Source of the DNA: Octopus sinensis
Taxonomy: Eukaryota
Direction: 5' to 3'
Assembly: GCF_006345805.1 (NCBI RefSeq)
Contig: NC_043005.1
Coordinates: forward strand, 22,506,001 to 22,570,000
Length of the DNA: 64,000 bases
Each line of letters starts with the position of its first letter. Within the stretch, counting starts at the first letter, position 1. Both the position numbers and the translations under genes were made by a program. This document shows positions 30,795-43,727 of the stretch, in pieces. Below the pieces are notes generated by a model. The model had not been told where the DNA came from and searched no databases. It saw only the letters and a list, made by a program, of their open reading frames with translations.

Positions 30795-31000
30795 GCGCAG
30801 AAGTGGCTGTGTGGTAAGAAGCCTGCTTCCTAACCACATGGATTGGGGTTCAGTACTCCTGCGTGGGACCTTATGATATGAAAATATCTTTTACTATAGC
30901 CTCGGGCTGATCATAGCCTTGTGAGTGGATTTGTGTGGCTGTGTTTACCCCTCACCATCACTTGACAACTGATGTTGGTGTGTTTACGTCCCTGTAACTT
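30795..31000 (+). mobile_element. SINE family A, truncated and diverged
   Basis: GGCGCAGAAGTGGCTGTGTGGTAAG head and tatagcctcgggctga body shared with 27752. Confidence 0.75.
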
Positions 31001-31029
31001 CCTACAGCATCTAATCGTGATCATATTTT

Positions 31030-31830
31030 GAATGTGTGAGTTGTATATCCATGAAAACCCTCATTTAATTATCCGTAAAGTTTCTAAAGTAGACGTGCGT
31101 AAAAATTCGTGCTACGTGATAAATATATTAAAGATGCATCGTGAAGTCGCAAAGTTAGTGTTGCATCTGTTGTGGGATGAAGGAAAAGAGAACTGGTGCT
31201 GTTTGGTAGTTAGAACGCTGATGAAAACATTCTGAAAATGCCATAACAGGTGTGCGATTGCGATGCAGAAGCAAAAAGATAGTTGTCACAATAGAGTGGA
31301 ACCAGTGCTGTTTCGACCAGAAAAGTGCCTCAGAGATACTCAAATGCGAAGGGGATGTTGATCGTCAGTTTTGGTTGGAAGAATCTCATTCATCATGAGT
31401 TTGTTTCTTGTGTTCAAACGACCAGAGTGTTTACTTGGATATCTTGAGACATTTCAGAAAGACAGTGTAAAAGGAGAGGCCTGTAGCATAAAATCTTGAT
31501 GCTGCACAAAATGGCCCCAGCTCATACGTCACTTTTTATCCCTAACGTTTTGGTAAAACATTGGACGACGTTTATTTCCCTACTACCGTATTTTACAGAT
31601 TTGGTCACTTAGGATTTTTTATCTTCACAATTTAAAATTTATTCTGAACGGTTGCCAATTTCAGTCATTATAAAAGCTATCGAAAAGTATTCAATGCAAG
31701 AACTTCTCACCACCTCTAAAAATGCACTGCAAAATTGGAAAAATGCTAGGCTCCTTGCATCCACAATATATGGAACTATTTTGTAGAAGTCAAGTTTCAT
31801 TGAATTGCAAGTAAAATAAATTTACTTTCC
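31030..31830 (+). mobile_element. Degenerate mariner remnant
   Basis: NAPAHTS-like and PY..DL..DFF-like (YSPDLAP) segments at about 31500-31630. Boundaries are approximate. Confidence 0.6.
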
Positions 31831-31887
31831 AAAAACTTTACGTTTTATTTTTCGAATGAAGACAGTATATTATATTAAAATTATAAT

Positions 31888-32277
31888 GGAATAGCTGTGT
31901 GGTAAGTAGCTTGTTTACCAACCACATGGTTCCGGGTTCAGTCCCACCGCGTGGCACCTTGGCCAAGTGTCTTCTACTATAACCTCGGGCTGACCAAAGC
32001 CTTGTGAGTGGATTTGGTAGACGGAAACTGAAAGAAGCCCATCGTATATATGTATATATATATGTATGTGTATGTGTGTGTGTCTGTGTTTGTCCCCCTA
32101 GCATTGCTTGACAACCGATGCTGGTGTGTTTATGTCCCCGTGACTTAGCGGTTCGGCAAAAGAGACCGATAGAATAAGTACTGGGCTTACAAAGAATAAG
32201 TCCCGGGGTCGATTTGCTCGACTAAAGGCGGTGCTCCAGCATGGCCGCAGTCAAATGACTGAAACAAGTAAAAGAGT
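31888..32277 (+). mobile_element. tRNA-derived SINE, family A (near full length)
   Basis: Near-identical to 27752-28145 over the head, body and tail. Confidence 0.88.
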
Positions 32278-33460
32278 ATCTTGTTAAATTATATTATATT
32301 ATAAAACACTTACTCGAGCTCCTTAGAAGGTATATATCGCATGGTAAACAAATGGCAAGCTGTGTACCATATATCAGATAAGGTAAATCGAATCCGCCAA
32401 GCTGAAAAAGATTTAATACAATTATGGTTGACTCTGTTGTGGCGATTTAATATTGTTTATTGCTATTAGCTATGTATTGTTCCAAAAAACTTGGTCCTTG
32501 GACTCCTCTTTAACACGTTATATTCGAAAATATCTGATTTATTATTATTATTTTTTTTTTGCATATGCAGAGAAACATAAATTCATGGGAACGGAACAGA
32601 CTTTTGAAGTAGCCTAAGTAAATGCTTGGTTTTTGTTCTTTCATAGCCTATCTTTTATTTTATTTATAATATACATATTACGTAGTATAGTATTTTATCA
32701 TACCATCTCATATCCTATTCTATCCAATTTTATCTATCTTGCATTATCTGATCTTATTACAACTCTTAAATAAATATTCTTTGATTTACTATGGTCAGTT
32801 TCGTACTTAAACAATTGTCTTGTGTCTAAAGGGGAGACTAAAATTAATTTTTCAAGGTACAGACGAGATGGCCGAAGGTATAAGCATTGGGTTATCTTCC
32901 CATGTATCATATGTTCAAATTATTGAGCTTATGTGTCACCTAGAAATAAACGACACATAAACTCTATAAATCTATAATAGACTCACATCTTCATCTTGAG
33001 AACTAGACACTAATTCACACCTGAACAGTTATAACATTATGTACAATTGTTGAGCGCCCAATCTTTGAGAAAAGCTAACATATCTAAAGAAAAATATTCT
33101 ATTACAAATTTTCAGATAAGTTAGACTATAAGTTAGTCTGTGTGTCATCCCTTTGTTTCTTCTATTATTTCTGCAACAGTCTAATCTATGAAACAACAAA
33201 CTATTTAACAGAAAATTTAAGTTTCACATGAACTGCATCAAACACACTAGTGTTTCGAAAGAGCACATTTCTAAACGACTTGCAATGTTTATGGATGGAC
33301 AGTCATCTTTACCGGAGTGCAAACAATAAAAATAACTTGATCAAATATCGCTATTGCCTCGGTTCACCTAGTCGTTCGAATGTGTTAGATACTACGAAAT
33401 CAATAGTAAATATTATCTTAGATAGATCGGCTTCCTTTTCAAAGAAAAGTTATCTGTCAT

Positions 33461-33756
33461 CTTTTGTACCCATAGTCAAGGAACAGGCATGAAAAACGTT
33501 AAACCACTAAGCCCAGATTTAGGGGATATTTATACATATAGGAAACAGAAGGTGATAGATATTTGCATTACTGATGTAAACTCACGCCCATGGACTTAGT
33601 AGATGTCCGAATTATTGAATTAATTCCTCTCAGTCAGGTATATCAAGTGGCTTACCTAATCCTTGATAGTGGTGTCAGCAGCCATTCAGCAAACAATATC
33701 CCACAGCCATTGTAGCAGCAGACACAGTTCAGCTGTGATACAACGGCTTGTATCAA
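33461..33756 (-). pseudogene. Two decayed SLC18B1-like exons (33756-33656 and 33594-33461)
   Basis: *YKPLYHS*TVSAATMAVGYCLLNG and HGREFTSVMQISITFCFLYV*ISPKSGLSGLTFFMPVP*LWVQK lie in the expected order after the 35106 exon. In-frame stops, and the second donor reads AT instead of GT. Similarity is weak and judged by eye. Confidence 0.45.
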
Positions 33757-33901
33757 CTATGCAATGACAGTCAGTAGCGCAACAAATTATAAACCAACAT
33801 CTTTTACAGATTCACTACGTTTTCAAGATCTGTTGCTTGAAACGAACTGTACAGACAATCTATGATCCGGGAACTTAAATTTCATTATTTTTCCACCTTC
33901 A

Positions 33902-34085
33902 GGTGGCGGGCTGGCTGAATCGTTAGCAGACAGGGCAAAATGCTTAGCAGCATTTCCTTCGTCTTTATGTTCTGAGTTCAATTTTTGCCGAGTTCAACTT
34001 TGTTTTCCATCCTTTCGGAGTGGATAAAATAAGTACCAGCTGAGAACTGGGGTCGATGTAATTGACTTACCCCCACCTCAAAGTT
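33902..34085 (+). mobile_element. tRNA-derived SINE, family B
   Basis: GGTGGCGGGCTGGCTGAATCGTTAGC head, GAGTTCAA B-box-like motif, aataagtaccag body. Reverse complement of 47656-47888. Confidence 0.75.
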
Positions 34086-35105
34086 TTAATAGAGAAGATT
34101 ATTTTTTCACCTTGAATCCATTGAAAGTACCTATTAACTGGATTGTAACACATGTATATACTCTTTATATACGTGTACTAAAAATTTCTATAGCCATACA
34201 TTTATTGTGTATACACACATACATGAACGCGCTTTCGTTTACATTTGATGATTCATTTGCATGTACACACACAAAACTGTATATACACTCCATCAACGCT
34301 TCTTGTAAATAGTTATATCCATTTATATTTCTGAAAATTTCACTTAATTTCAAGTAATATTACTTGACTGTGAAATTGAAACACCATTTGTATCATAGAC
34401 TTTACATTTTGCCGATTAGATGTGTCATAATTTAATTTATTGGCAATTAAAGAATATATATTCCTATTCCATGTTTATTATTGTATGTAGCCATCTTTAT
34501 GGTGTATAAATCCAGTTTTGGGGTGGAGTCTATATTTTTCACACAGTGTATAATCTTTCCCTGACACAAAGGTCAATAATTACGATCTTTAATTCCACTT
34601 ACTTTAGTGATAAAGAGATAAAAAGTAAAAAAAGAATTACTGGATACGACTAGATTATTTCAGGTAACTATTCTCACGTGAAGAAATAACCTCAGCTGCA
34701 AGCCTCATTAAAGTAATGACGGTGTTTACAGCTGTGAACTATGTTTCTTGAAGAGCCTCTTAAATGAATTCAGATGGCTCAGATGTTGAAATTGAAGTAA
34801 CTTGATCACAAACTCAGTGCAATGCTTGTGACAACATAATTGAGGCGACTTCTATATAGTCTGTCGGCATGCAAAAAATAGCTGCCTTCTCCCTCAAATT
34901 TTACCCCGCTTTCATAAAAACAAAATATACGTTGGGTAATACTGTCCTGGGTACGCTAAGTCTGAAAACTGTTCTGTCTGGAACATCTTTGATCATATTT
35001 TTGTTTAACTGCAGCTAAACGTCAGCTAGGTACCCGACACATCTCATATGGTTTCATTCTCCCGCAGCAAAAATTCAATGAAGATAATTATGTTATCATA
35101 CTTAC

Positions 35106-35174
35106 ATCATAAAGCATTCCTCCAAATAGGGGGCTAGTTGCGAAGCCAAACCCAGTTGCAGTCAAACGAAAACC
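35106..35174 (-). CDS. SLC18B1: SLC18B1-like MFS transporter exon (motif C / TM5); gene may be a pseudogene
   Basis: GFRLTATGFGFATSPLFGGMLYD resembles GSLETFSGLGLILGPPVGGFLYQ. Acceptor ttttcAG, donor GTAAG. Phase 0 joins the 37874 donor. Confidence 0.8.
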
Positions 35175-36120
35175 CTGAAAAACGTTTAAACACAATAGCT
35201 GTGGAAATTCAGAAGATACTAATCTGTTTTTGTAAGAAAATTATGTTTTGAAATATTTTCTTAAAAGTGAGTATCTTTACTTACATGTAACATTCTCAAA
35301 ACTTACACAATCTCTTAATTGTCTCATTCCGTAAAGAATGATATAATCTCAAATGCATTTTTCTCTAAAATGTATCTGTACTATAAAATGCGATATTCCT
35401 TAAAATTTCAGTTCTTTAAAATGGCGATAAATTGACAAAACAATGAATAAATTTTATATATGGGAAAGATATTTAGTTTTACAATATTTGACAACCTACT
35501 CATGGATCACAGGACAACCTACAAATGGATCATAGGACCAAATATTTGACAACCTACACATGGATCATAGGACAAAATCCATGGCTGGCGTTCCATTGTG
35601 ATTCAGACTAGCATCTTTTATTCTCTTAAGCATTGATCCACTTAGGTAACGGATCATTGGCTTGTAAATTTTCAAGCTAGTGTTCCATTACTTCTATTCC
35701 AGACTGGACCCCATTTGCTTGGAGCTTCCATTACCAATAAAATATTTCTGTATGTTTCCTAACTTACTGTAACGTTCAACTCACTATTATCGTCGTTTAT
35801 TTATACACAAACCTATATCTACACATAATTTCTGGAATATGAAACACATACTACATCCTAACTCAAACTTTATAAGCGAGTGTGTGTCTGCGCTCGTATA
35901 TATCCGATGGTGTTTGAGTGGTTACAAAATTGTCTATGATTTACATGTTATGAAGAGATATTATAAAGTGCTAATTGGTAATTTTGACATAATCTTTATG
36001 ATGGCACAATCTATTTGATGTAATGAATAACATAATAGCCTGGCAAGTGATAGATATGTAAATCAGCTCCCGAGATGCAACCAATTCGCTTTTTTCTGTA
36101 TGGGACCGTAATTTGAAATA

Positions 36121-37578
36121 TCTATATATTAATACGCTAAGGACGAAATGCGTACGCTGTCACGTGATTAGTTGAAGGAAAAGGAGTAGAGCGAGAAAGA
36201 AAAAGAGGGAGAAAGAAGTGTTCATGGTGCGAAGTAGGAGAAACGTAACATTTATTGCGGGGTTAAAAAGCTTTCTGAAGGTAGTGATGTAGAGAAAGAG
36301 AGTCAGTAACACAAAGTTTAGCAGAATGAGGTTCTAGTGGTGCAGTTAAAGAAAGACAAAGAGGGAGAGAGAAAGTGGAGAGTGTAAGGGAGAACGAGTA
36401 GAGGTGTTTTGCCAGCCGATGCAATAAGCTGTCATGTGGTCAGTGCAAATGAGAGATGAAAATAAAGAGAAAGAGAATGAGAGAAATCATAAAGACGTGA
36501 AGAGGGGAATGATATGGCTAGAATGTTTGTTAAAATTTCAGGTAGAGAGAGAAAAAAAAGAGAGCTGGAGAGAGAGAAGGAGGGAAAGAGAGAGAGAGAG
36601 AGAGATAAAATGTTAAAAGGAAAATTTTAAACATCATATATTATTGTGGCTTATTACATCGTTGGGTGGACTGAAAAAGGAATAATAATAATAACCTTAT
36701 CATAGAAAAATAGATTTTTCAATGAAAGTGAAATGACTTGGCAAAATAAGCGTAGATGTTATTTTTTGTTTGTGTTTTTGCATTTTGTTTTTTAATTTGT
36801 TATTCTAGCTTTGTGCTGACAGCAACAGAAGTAGATATAAACAAAGAACTGAAATAAAATGAAACAATCGTGGTTGGGAAACAACTTAGATTGAGCTTTG
36901 TTGTTGAAAGCTATAATGATGATGGTGAAGGTGATGGTGATGGTCATTGTGGTGATGAAGATGATGGTGGTGAGTGGGTAGCGAAATGTGTAGTCTTTTT
37001 TTATTTCAACTGAACTAATTTTTTCTTTTATATCGCCTCTCCTCATATGTACAAGTGCAGTTATTTACTGTCTTCTCCCTTGAAAATAGGTATTTGTTTA
37101 TAAAATATGGTTGACACATGATATAAGTTAACAAGAGAAAGATTAAAACGGTATAGGCAATGATATAAAGAGAAACAGAGGTTCGAATCACTAAAACAAG
37201 CACGGGAGCATCAGTGTGTTGAAAGGAAAATATTAATCAAAGAGTATTGAGTGAGTATTTACAAGAAATAAGGGATAGAAATAAATAAAAATGAACGAGA
37301 ACGTCAAAAAAACCGAAAACGTATGGTCGAAAGATACAACGTTGGTGACATGAATATTCTCTGCAATCATTGTGAAGCTATTAGATTTATAAATGAACCT
37401 CTGAACTGCTGAGAGAAAAGGAAAGTCATGTTCCTTCAATTAAGACCTTATCCAGAAAAACTGAAGGATAATGCAGAATATACAATTTATAAAAGAATAC
37501 TAAATTCTGTGACTATATAAACTTATAATCACCCAAAGAATCTCGTATTTAGCATGGAGTTCCCACTGCTACTGCTAG
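36121..37578 (+). mobile_element. Helitron remnant in an SLC18B1-like intron
   Basis: A|TCTATATATT 5' end and CTAG|T at 37575-37578. Internal YNVGDMNILCNHCEAIRF...RPYPEKL segment resembles the zinc-finger-like Helitron N-terminus also seen near 13480. Confidence 0.6.
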
Positions 37579-37760
37579 TATATAATTAACTAGCACCACC
37601 TTCACAATCACAATCATCACCACCAACACTATAATCACCATTATCTTCATCGTTACTATAACTATCACTTCATCACCGTAACTACCATTACTACCACTGC
37701 TATCATACTATTGTCATCATCACTATTTCTATCATCACCATCCCATTATTACATTGAGAG

Positions 37761-37837
<77 letters not shown>

Positions 37838-37873
37838 AGCTGGAATGAGAAGTATGCGTTTAGTTATACTCAC

Positions 37874-38033
37874 AAATAAACAACTAACATCATCTGGGAA
37901 TTCAGTGGCGAAAAATATCATAACTGCGGTACTGATTGTACCACAACCCAAAGATTCTAAAGCTCTCGCAATGAAACTTAGTATGATGAACACCATATTA
38001 TAAGAACCCTTGTTAGGGATGTATTTAAGCAAT
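37874..38033 (-). CDS. SLC18B1: SLC18B1-like MFS transporter exon (TM4 region); gene may be a pseudogene
   Basis: LLKYIPNKGSYNMVFIILSFIARALESLGCGTISTAVMIFFATEFPDDVSCLF matches the F..(L/M)CF..R...A.G...........FP..V pattern. Acceptor tctcaacAG, donor GTGAGT. Confidence 0.8.
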
Positions 38034-38849
38034 CTGTTGAGAGAGAAAAGAAATATACAAATATTAATAATGGTTTCTAACAACAGTGCAAGGTTATCCA
38101 TTTTCATAGTGAGAACAGTCGAAAACAGGAAACACAAATATAAATTTTGTCAGTAAGAAAACAATAAAAGCAAATAAAATAGTAATAAAAAAAATGTAAT
38201 TATATTTGTGTCATGAGGAAAAGAAAAATTATCATTGTTTCGAATTTAATCTCTTTCTGTCTTTTAGTTTACCCAGTGGCTCCCCAGGGCCGGATTTATA
38301 GGAGTGTGGAGGGGGCAATTGCTCCAGGCATCTAGGTATTGGGAACCTCTGCTAGGAAAGGTATGTAACACTCAATACAGGAAGCCTCCCACCACCACCT
38401 TCCAGCAATAAGGCATGATGAGCTACACTCAATATACAAAATTATCTTGACTTTTTATAAAATGTAATGGATTCTCTTTTATGACAAATACCCATAGATT
38501 TTTTCCACTTTAGAGATACCAAATAATTCAATTAAAAAACAATTTATTGCCTTTACTGCCAGTCCCTAAACACTTACAATTCCCAAGGAAATTGTAGCTG
38601 CTTATGGGACAACAGAGAAAATAGAAACAACAGAATACTCCTGAAAATGTATGTATGTATGTATGTATGTATGTATGTATGTATGTATGTATGTATGTAT
38701 GTATGTATGTATGTATTTATGTGTATGTATGTATGTATGTATGTATGTATGTATGTATGTATGTATGTATGTATGCATGTATGTACGAGAAGAAAAAAGA
38801 GAGTGTGCAAATTTGTTGTGTCAATGTGTACGAGGCGAGAGACAAACAG

Positions 38850-39210
38850 AAAGCAGACATGGTGGGGCAGTAATATCGGAATACGTTCCATATCCCCTCC
38901 AAACACAGAGCACATTTCCAGGTGCAACCCTGGTTTAGGGATGAACTCTTCTTTTTCATTGGGTGCTAACGAATGTCGTTTTCGTTGGATATGATTTTAG
39001 AGAACCCACATTTCATCACTTGGATCGAAAGTAATCTACGAGGAAACATTTTTTCCGAACAAAACTGGTCGGACCACTGTTAGCATGTTCATGCATTTTA
39101 GTTTCATTTCCATAGGCAGAACAAATATTTCTGGCCTCTCCTATTGCTTAAGAAACCCCTCTCGAATTCATACGGCACGCAGTGTCTGGTATGGGTCTGA
39201 TCTATTTTAA
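38850..39210 (-). mobile_element. Mariner transposase remnant
   Basis: RHCVPYEFERG (N-terminal HTH-like) and SDEMWVL...KRHSL...PKPGLH (GDEKW...KPGLHP-like). Confidence 0.65.
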
Positions 39211-39460
39211 AAAAGTAAAATCGATATCATTACGCATTTAATCTCTATGATATAAAGTAACCTTCAAAGAAAGAAAAATACTATTAGAATATATAAATTA
39301 GGGTTTTATACTAAACACTGAAAGCTTTAGACCTCTTTCAAATATGGAGAGAAGTCTCGGTAGAAAGGTAGATGTAAACAAGGGAGTTATCTCCCTTCGC
39401 TAATGGCTATCTAGGTGTAATATGTGTGTGTGTGTGTAAGGAAAAATTCAGTTGGCTTAC

Positions 39461-39556
39461 CATTTTTTTTACCATTTGTGGAGCCAATGCATTCATGTGT
39501 GGATAAACACCAAACAGCAAGTTGATTAAATTATTGTTGATTCCACGAAGTTTAGC
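39461..39556 (-). CDS. SLC18B1: SLC18B1-like MFS transporter exon (TM2 region); gene may be a pseudogene
   Basis: AKLRGINNNLINLLFGVYPHMNALAPQMVKKM resembles AEKKGASNTIIGMIFGCFALFELLASLVFGNY of vertebrate SLC18B1 (recalled from memory). Acceptor gcAG, donor GTAAGC, phase 0/0. Confidence 0.6.
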
Positions 39557-40550
39557 CTGCAGGAAAAGAATATCCATTTGGTTCATTAAATCTGATCAAT
39601 TATAAAGGTGTAATGGTGCATTATTGTAGGGACAAGTCCACGTATTTTGTAGGAAGAATACAGTCGTTTAACTTAGACCCTAGTGCTTGACTAGTACTGA
39701 TTTTATTTATATCCACAGAATGAAAGACAAATTCCTCTACACTCCCTTAAAACAACTAAATAAGTCAATCTGTCTGTCATTTAAACATACACCACTCTAT
39801 TCTTAATCCCAATAACAACTGCAACTGAGCAACAGATTAAGCGACGGTAAACCGAGTTCGTGACACGGTTTCCACTCTTAGTTGATATATTTCGCTTATA
39901 CCAATAAATGACTTTGAGAAAGGCTTAGAAGTTACATAATCTAATTTTTTTTAGTAAATTGACGATCATTCTCTCAAATCAAAAATAAAATACTTTCGCC
40001 ATTAATCACAGGTGGAAAGCTACAAATCCAAAATCAAAAGATCATTCTAGATTTTAGTCGCAGTGCCTTGAACGGTGGAGTTGTCAGACAATACTCAATA
40101 TTTAGTTATGTCTCTTTAGGTTCTGCGTTCAAAGCTCACTTGTAATTGGCACAGCTTTTCTATCCATCCAGGGTGTCTATACAATAGTTATACTAGTTAT
40201 ATACTGAGGTCAACAGGCACACCCAAATAAGTTTCCCTTCAAGTTTAATCACTACAATTTGTGTTTCGTATGAAATCAATATTTCCTTTCTTTTAAATAT
40301 GGTCATCAGCACTGTATGAAATGTTTTCGGTTCCTATCAGCGCGCTCCTGAGATTTAGGTTCAATTCCTAATTGCACTTATTTCACTTTACTTCTCCAAC
40401 ATCGTTAATGTCCAAGAGAAGGACATAAATAACACTGTTTTATATTTGTTCGGTAAATTAAATGTCATAGTTTTATTGTTTAACAAAACAAATTTCAATA
40501 GTTTTAAAGAATTTACACCCAAGGAAATGTTTCTAATTGTGGAACAAAAC

Positions 40551-40990
40551 TTGGTGCTACTTTGGTATACGATCTACGTATCATGAAACTGCTTTGGTAT
40601 GCGACCTACACTTTATATCGTGATCTACAAGTAAAGTTATGCTGATTGAGAACAAAGAAATCACCTGTATCGGTTTCGATAAAATGTCTGGTTAGAGAGT
40701 ATGAAGCATAAGTGTCAAAATAAATGTATAGGATGTATAAAAATTTTAATTATCTGTCTTTTTTTTACTTTTCTAGCTGATGTTCGTTCGATTCTGCTAT
40801 AAAATTAGTAAACTTATTTCAAATCTACATCTACTTCATTTAAATTTTTAAAAATAAATGTATAAAAATGTGAGAATGTTTTATTTAAGCCATAATAAAC
40901 AAATGAAACATGTAGATCGCATACTAAAGTAGAAATTGACTCTTGTAGAACACGTTGGTTACGTAGATCGCATAACAAAGTAGCACCCAA
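40551..40990. mobile_element. MITE-like element with ~30-bp terminal inverted repeats and subterminal repeats
   Basis: ttggtgctactttggtatacgatctacgta versus the reverse complement of tacgtagatcgcataacaaagtagcacccaa. Inner ctttggtatgcgacctac / gtagatcgcatactaaag copies. Confidence 0.65.
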
Positions 40991-42476
40991 AATTTAATAT
41001 TGTTTTCTTTTACTTTTTTGTTTTTACTTTTCATTTTCGCATCAATTCCTCCAAAGCAGGAGTTGAACTCATTACTATAAGTTGTGGAAAGAAACACTTG
41101 TCAAAACTAATAGTGCTGCTACTGATTCTAAACAGCATAAAGTTGCTCCTATTCTTCATAACTATTCTCAACTTCCTGAAAATAAACATACTCCTGACCT
41201 CTTCAAAATCACAATTATCAATCTACAAAGTCTCATTGTGTTTGAACAGTTTCACAAGTTCACAAGTTCACAAGTATCCGGTCGGTTCATAAGTATCAGT
41301 TGCAAATATTAGACTTAATAAAGCCGCGGTCTATGGTGAAAATAGATTTTTTATCAGTGTTAAGTGATTTCACAACACTGACCAACTGCTTCTGTGAATG
41401 AACGTTGAAAATTATTGTCTGATATGATATTTGGTGAGAATAAAATATATTGTCCAAGAAACCCAACAGTGTTGATCTAAGCAATGATGGAGCTACATTC
41501 AGAACAGCAATCTCTAATGTGCATGCGCCTTTTTAAAGTCGGACGGAATCGGTGAAGCTTCGGCTCGGCAACGGAATATGGCGATCGATTCAGCCAACTG
41601 TTGTACGCTCTCTCCTCCTCCATAGTTGTCACAGAATACTTCAAAGTGCAACGACCAACATGAGCGTAGTTGTTCCTTTGTAGCTGACAACGGGTTGGCC
41701 GTACAGCGGGTACGACCTCGACTACGAACACGAATGCGAGCTGAGAACCAAGCTCGGGCACCACCACGAACACGAGCACGAGCACGGCCATAAGCATGGC
41801 CACGAATACGTCTCGAAGACGGACATGAAGACGACCACTAAGACGGCCACGATCACAACGCCGAACGCCCGGTAGCTGGCGACAAACGTATAACACACAA
41901 ACACTCATACCTGCGCTGGAATTGTCGACCGACATGCAGCTCGCCGGCAAGCGGACGGAATCGCTGGAGCTTCCGCTAGGCGGGGGAATACGGCTATCGT
42001 TGTGGTTTCAGAGAATTTTGGAGTAATTTGTAGAAGGTCATGTGATCATAGATTATTGCAACTGAAACAATTTTCATCATAGGTCTGCTGAATCAGGATT
42101 GACTTGGAGCTTAATAACGGCAGCAACAACTCAGTGCTGGTGATAGAGCGTGAATAACTCACTTCTTCACTGGCTATTGTTCTTATTTAATCCCAGTTCA
42201 GCTCAGCTTCAACAGATCAATGACCGAAAATCTTTCAACCATTTCCAACACACCTTTTTTCCAGACAGTGAGTCAAGAACTACATTATCCAAAACAGCCT
42301 TTCTTGACGTTGTAATTGTTTTTGCTGTTGTTTAACCCCGGTTAATTCTTTGACGCAGTAGATCAAAACTGTTCTAACTGTAGCCATCACAGCGTTTATT
42401 AAGACATGGCTTTTCTGTCTGAATAAAAGATGTAAGGATATCCAATATATATTTACATCTTTTTTTCTCAAGATAA

Positions 42477-43727
42477 TATGAGGGTCAGCTGAAAAGTTCA
42501 TAGGCTGACCAAGATGCTCCCATAGAATGTGACCAAATGAGATTTTTTCTATCAGTGTTGCAGTGCTTGGATGCCATTGGGGAAAAACCTTTCATCTGTT
42601 AGTCAAAAAAGTGAGCAGCAACAGGTATGACGTCATCATTACTGCAGTATTGGTTTCCAACCGGTTTATTTTTTTCATATTAGGGAACAGATGATAAGTC
42701 AGATAAGGCCAAATCAGAAGAATAAGGAAGCCAATCAACCAGGTCAAAGCCACAGTCGCGTACAGCATCCATTGAAACCATGTACTTGTGTGCTAGAGTA
42801 TTGACTTGGGGAAGCCAGACCTCTTTCTTCAGTTTTTCTGGCTATTAGGTCTTGATAGCTTTTCGTAACTGCTTCAGCAAGTTGGCATAGTACTTTTCTT
42901 TGATGGTGTGGCTCTTTAGAAGACAGTTAATAAACACAATGTCTTTTGCATCCTCAAAATCTGATGCCATCATCTTCCCTGCAGATGAAACACCCTTGGC
43001 CTTCTTTGGTGCAGGTGAGGATTGATGTTTTCACTGCACAGATTATGTCTCTGTCTCTGGTTCAAGTAATAAAGCCAACACTCATCCTGGGTTAGGAAAC
43101 GTTTAAGAAAACCAGCTGGATCTGGCTCAAACAATGTCAAATTTTCCCGTGATGTGATCAGCCTGGTGCACTTTTGATCATGTGTCAGAAGACACTTCGT
43201 CCTATCAAGTCATACCAAGTTTTGCAGAATATTCTCAACTCTCTCACAGCATATGTTAATAGCATTGATTATTTGATTCATAGTCAATTACCTGTCATCC
43301 ATCACCGTGTGGGGAGCACTATCAATGTTTTCCTCAGTGGAGGCAATTGCTAGACATCCAGACCTTGGTTCATCTTCAAGAATGTCTCTTCTCCTCTTAA
43401 ATTCGGCTGCTCACTTTTACACAGTTGATACAGCTGGAGTATCATCCCCTAATATAGCAACTATGTCAGCATGGATGCTGTTAGGGACAAAATCCTTTTT
43501 CTGCAGGTATTTGATAACACCACAATGCCAAATTGTGTCCATTTTCAAAAGAGGTTGCAACTAGTTACTTTTGAAGCAGTCAAATGTCTTGTGCTGTGAG
43601 GTGCCAGTTTATCTGGGGGAAAATAATGCAGTTATTAAGAAGAATTTAAATCAATGCATGCAAGATTTCACAACGCTAGCATCACGCCTTTATAATCAGC
43701 CAATGAACTCTTTTTGCCCACCTCGTA
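42477..43727 (-). mobile_element. Near full-length degenerate mariner transposon
   Basis: TA-flanked imperfect TIRs (TATGAGGGTCAGCTGAAAAGTTCATAGGCTGA and the reverse complement TACGAGGTGGGCAAAAAGAGTTCATTGGCTGA). 1251 bp. Transposase pieces VIKYLQKKG, EDEPRSG, FLKRFLTQDECW. Confidence 0.88.

Noticed and set aside
38578-38640. 63-bp segment with good acceptor and donor as the missing SLC18B1-like exon
   Set aside because: The length is 3n rather than the required 3n+2, the phase-0 frame has a stop, and there is no convincing similarity.
41030-41195. Possible SLC18B1-like TM1 exon after a ttttcAG acceptor
   Set aside because: Only a vague hydrophobic resemblance across shifting frames with stops; too weak to call.
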